Shown here piece after piece: positions 31,808 through 39,463 of a stretch of 51,494 nt of DNA; within the stretch, counting starts at the first letter, position 1, and every line of letters begins with the position of its first letter. The position numbers and the translations under genes were made by a program. The DNA is from a virus. The DNA lies in IMG/VR virus record IMGVR_UViG_3300045988_113183. One strand, 5' to 3'. Under the pieces are notes generated by a model. It was given only the letters and a program-made list of their open reading frames with translations. It had not been told where the DNA came from and searched no databases.

Positions 31808-31836
31808 ATAATACCATCAAGGTAGTAAAAAATCAA
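31808..31836 (-). promoter_or_regulatory. Candidate repressor-gene promoter (leftward)
   Basis: The - strand reads TTGATT, 17-nt spacer, TATTAT. The predicted start is ~115 nt upstream of the repressor ATG and faces P1. Confidence 0.4.
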
Positions 31837-31853
31837 CACTTGGAGGAAATAAA

Positions 31854-32111
31854 ATGAAAAAGATGTACATTGACCAGATTCACACCGGGCTGAACACTCT
31901 GGCCCTCTCTATGGACGCTCAGTGGTTCGGCATGAACCGCAAGGATGCGACCGAAGCCCAGCGGAATGCTTGTGAAGGTCTGTATCAGGGCTACATCGCG
32001 GCCGTCTGCATGATGGGCGGTGACTGGAAGCGTGACCAGAACGGCAAGCACCGCATCTTTCTTGCTGGGCTGTCCAGCCGCGATGTGGATGAGTACAACG
32101 AGGAGGGCTGA
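31854..32111 (+). CDS. Hypothetical early protein
   Basis: GGAGG RBS. First gene downstream of P1. No HTH recognised. Confidence 0.7.
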   Translation: MKKMYIDQIHTGLNTLALSMDAQWFGMNRKDATEAQRNACEGLYQGYIAAVCMMGGDWKRDQNGKHRIFLAGLSSRDVDEYNEEG

Positions 32112-32114
32112 ACC

Positions 32115-32333
32115 ATGAAGAAGCTGAACAATGCAGAGATTAAGGCCATCCAGCAGATGAAAGCAAACAGAACCAGCCGGGCAAGCGTTGGCTCCCTCCG
32201 TTTCATGTTGAGGAATAGCCCGTACCGTGAGAAGGAGTACGAGCTGTTCTCTTTCGACCACGACAACCCGTACAAGACTGAGCGTATAACTTATATCTCT
32301 TGGAAAGAGTTCGATGAAGTGAAACCCGCCTGA
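32115..32333 (+). CDS. Hypothetical protein
   Basis: ORF with good coding appearance in the early operon. Confidence 0.65.
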   Translation: MKKLNNAEIKAIQQMKANRTSRASVGSLRFMLRNSPYREKEYELFSFDHDNPYKTERITYISWKEFDEVKPA

Positions 32334-32433
32334 TGATGGCCCCCGGTAAGGGCCGAAACCATTTTGTTGATACCAACAAGATGGTCGCGGGAACCACCGC
32401 AGAAAATAATGAGTACATGGGAGGTTTATTTTT

Positions 32434-32838
32434 ATGGTTGATAAGAACGGCAGGCAGATTCAGACCGGCGATGTGGTGCTGGTATCTGGAGGCTATTTTA
32501 AGGCCGACAATGGCCTGTTCGCGGTGATTCACGCACCCGGCGACCCCGGCTGGTACGGCGAGAGCTGCTGCCTGAACAAGCTGTGCAGGAGTGGCAAGCT
32601 GAGCGAGGGCAAGTATGCCACGGCCTTTTGGCCCATTGCGGTAAATGCTGGAAGCTGGCGCACCCGTATGGATGCCAAAAGCTGGAACGCCGCCAACGCC
32701 GAGATTCTGGTCGTGGATGATGCGAACCACTCCTACATTGCCGAGAATTTCCGCAGCCGGGCTGAGATGCTCCAGCCGACCATTGACCGTGCCCGGTGGG
32801 ATTCCGGCGAAGACGGAGACGAGTTCAAGCGGCTGTAG
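32434..32838 (+). CDS. Hypothetical protein
   Basis: GGGAGG RBS upstream of the ATG. Confidence 0.7.
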   Translation: MVDKNGRQIQTGDVVLVSGGYFKADNGLFAVIHAPGDPGWYGESCCLNKLCRSGKLSEGKYATAFWPIAVNAGSWRTRMDAKSWNAANAEILVVDDANHSYIAENFRSRAEMLQPTIDRARWDSGEDGDEFKRL

Positions 32839-32914
32839 AATCTGAAGGCTTTCTATATCAGCGTAGCAGACAGGGTTGCTGCTGCGAACTGACTGCAAAA
32901 CGGAGGCGTTTGAG

Positions 32915-33166
32915 ATGGCAAAGAAGATTTACATCGTGCAGGCAGGGTTCCTGCCTGTTGGGGCCTCTGATGTGACAGGGTGGAGCAGCCACTCTTTCTA
33001 CTCCGGTCGCAGGGCCTATGATGGCGCGATGGCCGAATACGAAAAAGAGGTTCGGAAGAATCTCCACCCGCAGCGGCGGTTCCGTGTGGTCTGTGCTGAG
33101 GATTGCAGCCGCAAAGACACCTACACCTACGTCTGTGGGTTCGAGAGTAGTGCAAAGACATTTTGA
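32915..33166 (+). CDS. Hypothetical protein
   Basis: ACGGAGG RBS upstream of ATG 32915. Confidence 0.65.
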   Translation: MAKKIYIVQAGFLPVGASDVTGWSSHSFYSGRRAYDGAMAEYEKEVRKNLHPQRRFRVVCAEDCSRKDTYTYVCGFESSAKTF

Positions 33167-33181
33167 TGGGAGGTCAAGACC

Positions 33182-33577
33182 GTGTTCACTATTACCAATG
33201 ATGAGAAGCTGCGGGACGCGTATGCGCTCCTGATGTTCATGCAGCGTGATGTTCCTGCCTCTTCCGAAAAGAAGGCTGCCGTAAAAAATTTGGCCGCTAC
33301 TGTTAAGAGGGAGATTCGGAGCTATAACAACCGCCCGGCCTCTAATGTGCGTATCATCAGTGGCGATTATAATGGCCATCTGGATTTGGTTCGGCTGCCT
33401 GATGGACTGGACAGGATGCACAAGGAGATCGCCGCTGACTGGTTCCGCGAGCACTGCTATCTGGAGAGCTATATCACCCCCTACGACTGCAGCGGGTGGG
33501 AGTTCACGAGCTGGTATAAGCTGTTCAGGAGGCAGGGCCACTGGTTTGCATACCACAAGGTGTGCCGGGACGTATGA
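33182..33577 (+). CDS. Hypothetical protein
   Basis: GTG start after a GGGAGG RBS. Confidence 0.65.
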   Translation: MFTITNDEKLRDAYALLMFMQRDVPASSEKKAAVKNLAATVKREIRSYNNRPASNVRIISGDYNGHLDLVRLPDGLDRMHKEIAADWFREHCYLESYITPYDCSGWEFTSWYKLFRRQGHWFAYHKVCRDV

Positions 33578-33591
33578 GAGGAGGCGCGGAG

Positions 33592-33834
33592 ATGACGAAA
33601 TACACAGTCGATACCGTTCTGGAAGTCTGGGGCAGTGTTGATGTTGAGGCTAACAACATCGGAGAAGCATATCGGAAGGTGGGAGAGAACCCCGGCAAGT
33701 ATGCCGACCTGAAGGTCTGGAATGATGGAGCAGAAGCGCAGCTCAGGACATACAGCCATATCAACTGCGTCGGCGAATACGGCGTTGACGATGCTGTTGC
33801 TGCTCTCACCGGGAAGGAGGCGAAGAAAGAATGA
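33592..33834 (+). CDS. Hypothetical protein
   Basis: GAGGAGG RBS upstream of ATG 33592. Confidence 0.65.
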   Translation: MTKYTVDTVLEVWGSVDVEANNIGEAYRKVGENPGKYADLKVWNDGAEAQLRTYSHINCVGEYGVDDAVAALTGKEAKKE

Positions 33835-34109
33835 ACGAGCGTGTTCGAGCTGCTGGGAAGCCCCCCGTTGGGAGCTACCGCAATATTCCGTATTTTGCCC
33901 TGAGAGGCATTTTCCATGAGCACGGATACCATGACAGAGAGGTTGCTGAAGCCGTTGGCATCAGCGAAGGTGCATTCTCTATGAAGATGCGGGGCCATTC
34001 CCACTGGCGTGGTGACCAGATCGCTGCAATCTGTGAGCTGATGGACATCCCGCAGAAGGACATCGGGAGGCTGTTCTTCCCGCAAGTAAATGGAGGTCGT
34101 AAACAATGA
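33831..34109 (+). CDS. HTH DNA-binding protein (Cro/XRE-like)
   Basis: REVAEAVGISEGAFSMKMRG looks like an HTH. Confidence 0.55.
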   Translation: MNERVRAAGKPPVGSYRNIPYFALRGIFHEHGYHDREVAEAVGISEGAFSMKMRGHSHWRGDQIAAICELMDIPQKDIGRLFFPQVNGGRKQ

Positions 34110-35029
34110 GCTATGAGATCAATGAAGAGATGGCCCGGCGGGCGCACGAGATGCGCTCTTTCGGGGACTATGTACCCGGCAAGGCCACAGCTGAGTACGA
34201 GCGGCAGGTCGGCCGGGCACGGGAAGTGGCCGAACAGGCCAAGGCCCGGTGCAAGACCACCGCCCAGCGCAACCGGGTGGATGGGATGCTTGACAAGTAC
34301 GAGCGCACCCTTGCTTTTGCTATCAACCGGGAGAACGAAATCGGGACGTGGTGCGAAAGTATGATGATTTCCGGCGGCTCCAATTTCCCTGTCAAGAAAA
34401 AGGAACGGCAGGTTGCCGCATGGGATGCCAACCGAGCTAACTTCTTACAGGCGGATGAGCTACTGGAGAAGATTCGGGGCTACGGTTATACTGCCCCTAT
34501 CAGCAGCAGCGACCCTGAGGCCCTCAAAGCCCTACGGGAGAAGCTGGGGCGAGAGCAGGACTATCACTCCCACATGATTGCCGTCAACAAGTATTTCCGG
34601 GACTATGGAACCGTCGAGGGCTGCGAGGGCGTTGGCGACTATGAGCTTTCTGCGATTCAGGCCCGTATGAAGCAGTGGGGAGACCGCAAGCCTTTTCTGT
34701 CGTGGCAGTTGAGCAATTCCAACCGGCGCATCCGCCAGATTGAGGCTCGTATCAAGGAGATGGAAGCCGCAGCCGAATCTAATGCCCAGCCCGTTGAGCT
34801 GGTGGAGCTTCCCGGCATTACTTACCACGAGAATAGCTCCACCATGCGGGTGCAGCTCATCTTTGAGGGAAAGCCTGAGCCTGACATCCGGGCCATTCTG
34901 AAGTCTCACGCCTTCAAGTGGTGCCCTTCTCAGGGTGCATGGCAGCGGCAGCTCACGGCGAATGGCAAGCGGGCCGCGCGTGAGGTTCTGGCCCAGATTC
35001 GGATGCTCCAGAATGGAGGTACTGCTTGA
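34106..35029 (+). CDS. DUF3560-like protein
   Basis: The C-terminus (FEGKPEPDIRAILKSHAFKWCPSQGAWQRQLTANG) is the typical DUF3560 signature as I recall it. Confidence 0.55.
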   Translation: MSYEINEEMARRAHEMRSFGDYVPGKATAEYERQVGRAREVAEQAKARCKTTAQRNRVDGMLDKYERTLAFAINRENEIGTWCESMMISGGSNFPVKKKERQVAAWDANRANFLQADELLEKIRGYGYTAPISSSDPEALKALREKLGREQDYHSHMIAVNKYFRDYGTVEGCEGVGDYELSAIQARMKQWGDRKPFLSWQLSNSNRRIRQIEARIKEMEAAAESNAQPVELVELPGITYHENSSTMRVQLIFEGKPEPDIRAILKSHAFKWCPSQGAWQRQLTANGKRAAREVLAQIRMLQNGGTA

Positions 35030-35232
35030 TGGATATTCTGGATATTTTGATAGCTGGGATGCCGAAGGCCCCATCTGATGCCTGCGATTTCTGGCAGGAT
35101 GGCGAAGAAGTTTTCTGCCGTACTGAAGAGCAGGCAAATGCCATAGCGGAGCTTTTCGTAAAGCTGCTGCCTGACAGCACGGTAGTTGTCACCCTGCTTG
35201 AAGAAATCGGCTGGTATTGCGTCAACGTCTAA
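35026..35232 (+). CDS. Hypothetical acidic 68-aa protein
   Basis: ATGATGG overlap with the upstream gene. Lies upstream of the MazF-like gene. Confidence 0.6.
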   Translation: MMDILDILIAGMPKAPSDACDFWQDGEEVFCRTEEQANAIAELFVKLLPDSTVVVTLLEEIGWYCVNV

Positions 35233-35285
35233 AAATAAGCGTCCCTGCGTTAGGGACCACTTGAATTTTGAAGGGAGATTTTTAC

Positions 35286-35894
35286 ATGAACGGTATGTTT
35301 TTTCGCGGTGAGGTTTATTATGTTCTGCCTACTGGCAAGGAGGCTGGATGCGAGCAGCACGGTGGCCGCCCGGCTGTCATCGTGAGCAATAACCAGAACA
35401 ACAAGAACTCCTCCACTCTGGAGATCGTTTACCTGACAACTCAGGAAAAGAAGCCTCTTCCCACTCATGTTCATATCAATGCTGCTGGGAAGCTGAAAGA
35501 ATCCACGGCCATCTGCGAGCAGGTGCTCACTGTGGACAAAACCCGGATGGATGAGTATATTGGGGTGCTGTGTGACAAGGAGATGCGGGACATCGAGTTT
35601 GGCCTGATGGTCAGTCTTGGTCTCGACAACTACCTCTCCAAGCCGAAAGAAGTTCCCGGAAGCGACATCACTATTGGCTCTGTGGCCGTTTCCATTCCAT
35701 CGCCGGTTCCCTCTGCCAATAGTTTTGCTGAAGTTGCTGCATCGAAAGTGGCCGAGAATACCCCCGTTCAGGCTCCAGCCTCTGCACCTTCTGTTCCCGG
35801 CAGAAGCTTTGAAAAAGAGTTCATCTCAGCTTGCGCACAGCGTGATGTTTACCGGGAGCTGTGCATGAAGATGATCGAGCAGCGGAGGGCGTGA
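35286..35894 (+). CDS. MazF/PemK-like toxin domain with ~95-aa C-terminal extension
   Basis: GEVYYV ... EQHGGRPAVIVSNN ... LTTQEKKPLPTHV ... EQVLTVDKTR is the PemK-type motif pattern. The extension is P/S/A-rich and ends in a helical tail. Confidence 0.7.
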   Translation: MNGMFFRGEVYYVLPTGKEAGCEQHGGRPAVIVSNNQNNKNSSTLEIVYLTTQEKKPLPTHVHINAAGKLKESTAICEQVLTVDKTRMDEYIGVLCDKEMRDIEFGLMVSLGLDNYLSKPKEVPGSDITIGSVAVSIPSPVPSANSFAEVAASKVAENTPVQAPASAPSVPGRSFEKEFISACAQRDVYRELCMKMIEQRRA

Positions 35895-35895
35895 G

Positions 35896-36090
35896 ATGAT
35901 TATGGAAACCCTGAAAAAGGCTCTCGCCGCTGCCGGCGCGTACCTGTGTATGCTTGGCCTGCTGAAGGCTGCAATGCATACCAACTATGCAATCCAGAAG
36001 AAAGACGGCAGACGCATGGCCGTATCCATGTCGGCAATGGCCCTGCTGTTTTTCCTGCTGTTTCTGCTGGTTCCTGTTGTGGGAGGTTGA
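35896..36090 (+). CDS. Small membrane protein (2 TM)
   Basis: Two hydrophobic stretches. Confidence 0.6.
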   Translation: MIMETLKKALAAAGAYLCMLGLLKAAMHTNYAIQKKDGRRMAVSMSAMALLFFLLFLLVPVVGG

Positions 36091-36093
36091 ACG

Positions 36094-36291
36094 ATGGCAA
36101 AGTCCGAATTGAAACCCTGTCCGTTCTGCGGAGGCTCTGCCAGAATCCTGAGGCTCAAAGGTGGCAGCTATTGCGCTGCCTGTTCTGGATGTGGTGCAAG
36201 AAGCCGCTCATTCTATGTTCAGCCATGGCACGATAACAAGTCCGTTGCTCAGTGTCAGGCTGCCAAGCTCTGGAACACAAGAACCGATTGA
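36094..36291 (+). CDS. lar: Lar-family restriction alleviation protein
   Basis: CPFCGG ... CxxC zinc-ribbon pattern and ~65 aa, typical of the Lar family. Confidence 0.6.
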   Translation: MAKSELKPCPFCGGSARILRLKGGSYCAACSGCGARSRSFYVQPWHDNKSVAQCQAAKLWNTRTD

Positions 36292-36335
36292 GCTTTGCAG
36301 CTGTATATACATCTCAAGACAGAAAGGATATAAGT

Positions 36336-36974
36336 ATGAAAGTAAGAAGAACTGAAAAAATCAAGACCAACACCTTCCGTGAGGGCGACATCATCAAGTT
36401 TAAGCTGGCCGATGGCGAGAAGGTCAAAATGCTGGCTGTCAAGAGTGAGCTGGACGGTATGGTTTTCTGCTCTGTGGACTGTCTGAAAGCCGAGTACTGC
36501 ATGAACCCTACCGGCACGAACGCCGGAGGCTGGGCTGATTCTGAGCTTCGGAAGAAGCTGAACAGTGAGATTCTGGAGCGCTTCCCGAAGAAAATCAAAA
36601 AGCTGCTGGTTCCGTTCGAGAACGGCGACCTGCTCCGCATCCCTACTGAGAAGGAAATCTTCGACAGGAATCCCTACGGCGAGGACGAGCCTGAAGCTGT
36701 GGAGCAGTGGAGGGCGATGAAGCAGCGCAAGAACCGCATCGCCTCGCAGGGGCTGAACGGAGGCTGGGAGTGGTATTGGCTCCAGAATCCGGCTGGCAAC
36801 TCGCCGGCCTTTTTCGCCCTTGTCAACGCCCTCGGCTGTGCGGGCTACGGCGACGCTTCCGACGTCTGTGGCGTTCGGCCTGTCGCCAAAATCAAAAATC
36901 AGACATCTGCACCTGCCTGTCAGGTGCAGGAAGATGACAGCCCTTTCGGGGAAATCGAGGATGCTGAACAGTGA
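36336..36974 (+). CDS. Second DGR target protein (lectin-fold-like variable C-terminal region, DUF6273-like), non-structural
   Basis: GGWADSELRKKLN ... WEWYWLQNPAG ... FFALVNALGCAGYGDASDVCGVRPVA contains VR2. No signal peptide seen. Confidence 0.8.
   Translation: MKVRRTEKIKTNTFREGDIIKFKLADGEKVKMLAVKSELDGMVFCSVDCLKAEYCMNPTGTNAGGWADSELRKKLNSEILERFPKKIKKLLVPFENGDLLRIPTEKEIFDRNPYGEDEPEAVEQWRAMKQRKNRIASQGLNGGWEWYWLQNPAGNSPAFFALVNALGCAGYGDASDVCGVRPVAKIKNQTSAPACQVQEDDSPFGEIEDAEQ
36800..36887 (+). repeat. DGR variable repeat VR2 (remote)
   Basis: 88-nt gapless alignment to TR 25605-25692. 18 of the 19 differences are at TR adenines. Confidence 0.85.
36907..36929 (+). promoter_or_regulatory. Hairpin 20 nt downstream of VR2 (candidate DGR target-recognition element)
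   Basis: 8-bp stem CTGCACCT/AGGTGCAG with loop GCCTGTC, nearly the same loop as the VR1 hairpin. Confidence 0.6.
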
Positions 36975-37348
36975 GAAGTCTGGAGGAGATTGACCGCGAC
37001 ATTGCTGCCCTGAGGAAAGACGAGCAGGCATACGCCCACACCAAGGGCCACCGATTTTCTCCCATCGTAGACGATGAACTCGATGACCTGTACGCTGAGC
37101 GGATGGCCACGCTGAAGGCTCTGGGAGATGCTGGCCTGAAAAAGTACAAGGCTCTTATCCTGCCGAAGCCTGAGAACAAAAACAGCGTCTGTGCTGCCTG
37201 CTATGTGTTTTATGCAAAGGATAGCACTCAGGCTTATGAGCGCGGCAAAGAAGTATTTATATCCGAATTTGCCCGGTATGGTGTGACTGCTGAGGACTTC
37301 GATGCAGAGTACGACATCGCTATTACCAGCGGCGAGAATGTGAAGTGA
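36971..37348 (+). CDS. Hypothetical protein
   Basis: GTG start overlapping the upstream stop. Confidence 0.6.
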   Translation: MRSLEEIDRDIAALRKDEQAYAHTKGHRFSPIVDDELDDLYAERMATLKALGDAGLKKYKALILPKPENKNSVCAACYVFYAKDSTQAYERGKEVFISEFARYGVTAEDFDAEYDIAITSGENVK

Positions 37349-37363
37349 TGGAGGTTCTGACCG

Positions 37364-37693
37364 ATGAAAAAGAGATTCTCTTGTTTTGCTGTGGCCGTTA
37401 TGCTGCTGACCCTGACAACGCTCTGGGTTACGGCCTGTGGTTCCACCTCTGCTGAGGCTGGAACTGCTGACCACCCCTGTTACCACGTCACCGTCTATTC
37501 TCCTGCCATTGAAGATGGAACATACGCAGCCCGGCGATATCCGAAGTATACCATCACCGTGGATGACTTCGGTGAGCTGCTGCCTGAACCGAAGCTATCT
37601 GCTGAGCGTGAGTATCGGCTGCTCCGTATCCCTCTGGAAGATGGCCGCTTTGAGCTGGTGTCCACCTCTCTGGTGGAAATCGAGTATTACTGA
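37364..37693 (+). CDS. Lipoprotein (possible superinfection-exclusion factor)
   Basis: Signal peptide MKKRFSCFAVAVMLLTLTTLWVTAC with a lipobox-like VTAC. Confidence 0.65.
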   Translation: MKKRFSCFAVAVMLLTLTTLWVTACGSTSAEAGTADHPCYHVTVYSPAIEDGTYAARRYPKYTITVDDFGELLPEPKLSAEREYRLLRIPLEDGRFELVSTSLVEIEYY

Positions 37694-37705
37694 GTTATAG
37701 CAAAA

Positions 37706-37738
37706 GCCCTCTGCTCTACCTGAGCAGGGGGCATTTTG
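37706..37738 (+). terminator. Rho-independent terminator
   Basis: 11-bp stem GCCCTCTGCTC/GAGCAGGGGGC followed by ATTTTG. Confidence 0.7.
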
Positions 37739-37792
37739 CTGTCTATTGTAATTTGGATTTCGAGAAAAATAATATTTTATTTCAAAGCGATA

Positions 37793-37821
37793 TTGACAAA
37801 AATATTATTTTAGTCTATAAT
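37793..37821 (+). promoter_or_regulatory. Perfect consensus sigma-70 promoter
   Basis: TTGACA, 17-nt spacer, TATAAT, in an AT-rich context. Confidence 0.7.
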
Positions 37822-37881
37822 AGAGCCGTGGAAATGGGCATCAAAAAATGATGCTTCGATAAAAAACAGGAGGCTGCATTT

Positions 37882-38160
37882 ATGGTTATCACTTTCATTT
37901 ACGAGTACAAGAATGAGCAGGGCGAAAGCTTCTGGTCTGCCAATGGCCGTGGCGGCATTGCTGGCTACCCTATCAGTGGGACGCACATGATTGTGAGGCA
38001 CCGACGCATGGAGCCGAGCACCCGCCTTAAGGCGATGCAGGATGAAAAGTGGCGCACTATCCATGAGTACAACGAACATCTGGAAGAGTACGTTCACCCT
38101 GAGTACGCCGATATCATTGAGCAGGAAAAGGCCGACGAGAAAATTCACCCGTTCATCTGA
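37882..38160 (+). CDS. Hypothetical 92-aa protein
   Basis: CAGGAGG RBS. First gene of the insulated cassette. Confidence 0.65.
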   Translation: MVITFIYEYKNEQGESFWSANGRGGIAGYPISGTHMIVRHRRMEPSTRLKAMQDEKWRTIHEYNEHLEEYVHPEYADIIEQEKADEKIHPFI

Positions 38161-38180
38161 GAGACTGGAGGACGTTCACA

Positions 38181-38615
38181 ATGAAAAAGATTATCGATGG
38201 CAAGCTGTATAACACCGAGACCGCCAAGCTTCTTGGCAGTTGGGAATCCGAGATCAATGTCAGGAGCCTCAACCGCGAGGTTGAAGAGCTCTACCGTACC
38301 AAGTCCGGCAACTTCTTTATTTGGGGTCAGGGAGGTCCGGGCAGCCGGTACAGACAGCTGACCGACGAAAATTCTTGGACGGGTGGTGAGCTGATTCGCC
38401 CGGTAAGTGAAGCTGAGGCCCGCAAGTGGGCCGAAGAGAAGCTTGATGTGGATACCTATGAATCCATCTTTGGCGAGGTCTCCGAGGGCGATACCACCCC
38501 TGTTTCCGTTCTCGTTCCTCCTGATATCATTGCCAAGCTGGAAGCTGAAAAAACTGCCAGTGGCAGGAACCGCACCGATATCATCCTTGCCGCCCTGAGA
38601 GAGTACCTGAAGTAA
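38181..38615 (+). CDS. Protein with C-terminal ribbon-helix-helix (CopG-like) domain
   Basis: The C-terminus (VSVLVPPDIIAKLEAEKTASGRNRTDIILAALREYL) has an RHH pattern. Confidence 0.6.
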   Translation: MKKIIDGKLYNTETAKLLGSWESEINVRSLNREVEELYRTKSGNFFIWGQGGPGSRYRQLTDENSWTGGELIRPVSEAEARKWAEEKLDVDTYESIFGEVSEGDTTPVSVLVPPDIIAKLEAEKTASGRNRTDIILAALREYLK

Positions 38616-38628
38616 ATACCGCATATCT

Positions 38629-38664
38629 GCCCGTAGGCTAACCGCCTACGGGCTTTTCTTTTTG
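38629..38664 (+). terminator. Rho-independent terminator
   Basis: 10-bp stem GCCCGTAGGC/GCCTACGGGC followed by TTTTCTTTTT. Confidence 0.8.
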
Positions 38665-38669
38665 CCCTG

Positions 38670-38700
38670 AGAGCACCGGCTGCGGCTGGTGCTCTTTTTT
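38670..38700 (+). terminator. Second tandem terminator
   Basis: AGAGCACCGG/CTGGTGCTCT stem followed by TTTTTT. Confidence 0.7.
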
Positions 38701-38766
38701 GCTGCTGGATGATACTGGAATGAGCGTTGAGAACATCAGAAAAAGCACATCCAGCTTCAAAAAATA

Positions 38767-38828
38767 CAGAAAAAATACGAAAAAAGTCCAGAAAAAGTAT
38801 TTACATCTCTGTCGTAAAGTAGTATAAT
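38767..38828 (+). promoter_or_regulatory. Promoter P2, a duplicate of the P1 block
   Basis: TTTACA (38800-05), 17-nt spacer, TATAAT (38823-28). A 31-nt core is identical to 31722-31752. Confidence 0.65.
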
Positions 38829-38871
38829 GGCACTGTCAAAAGTAGTACGAAAGCAGTTGGAGGTACATAAG

Positions 38872-39135
38872 ATGTTCAAAGTTAATGATAAGGTGAGCAG
38901 CTACACCAGCCAGTGCATTGGCTGCATCATTGAGAGCGCAACCTATACGGGCCGCATCATCAAGGCCAACAAAAAGAGCTTCAAGGCTGAGTTTGACCAC
39001 TATGTGCGGAAATCTGACAGTCGTGTGGTTGCTGAAGGCTCCTGCAAGTCCGTTGAAACTTTCCGTTTCTGGAAGGTCTGCTCTGATGGCCGTGCCGTCT
39101 TCAAGAACGACCTTGGTGCGATCATTACTCTGTGA
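38872..39135 (+). CDS. Hypothetical protein
   Basis: GGAGG RBS upstream of ATG 38872. Confidence 0.65.
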   Translation: MFKVNDKVSSYTSQCIGCIIESATYTGRIIKANKKSFKAEFDHYVRKSDSRVVAEGSCKSVETFRFWKVCSDGRAVFKNDLGAIITL

Positions 39136-39145
39136 GGTACATGCC

Positions 39146-39397
39146 ATGAACGCTGCATCTATCAATATCCCTTCCAACTTCATTGCTGGCTGCCAGAGCA
39201 CACTCAAGCGGTACAGTGCAGCCAAGTCTGACGCTGAGCGCAGGGCGGTTCTTGACCGCCAGACTGTGCAGGGCCTCTGGTGGGCGATTGGCTTTGTAAG
39301 CCGCCTCTCAACTCCCTGTATGAGCGAGAAGGAGCTGAAACACGCAATCCGGCTCACACACTTCCGTGGGGCTGAGTGCCCTGCCTTCCCCGCCTGA
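39146..39397 (+). CDS. Hypothetical protein
   Basis: ATG 39146 within a longer open frame. Confidence 0.55.
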   Translation: MNAASINIPSNFIAGCQSTLKRYSAAKSDAERRAVLDRQTVQGLWWAIGFVSRLSTPCMSEKELKHAIRLTHFRGAECPAFPA

Positions 39398-39463
39398 TGA
39401 TGGCTGCGTGGCAGCAGCCGAAACACCCGAAAGGGTGTCGCGGGAGCCAACCGCAGAAAGGAG

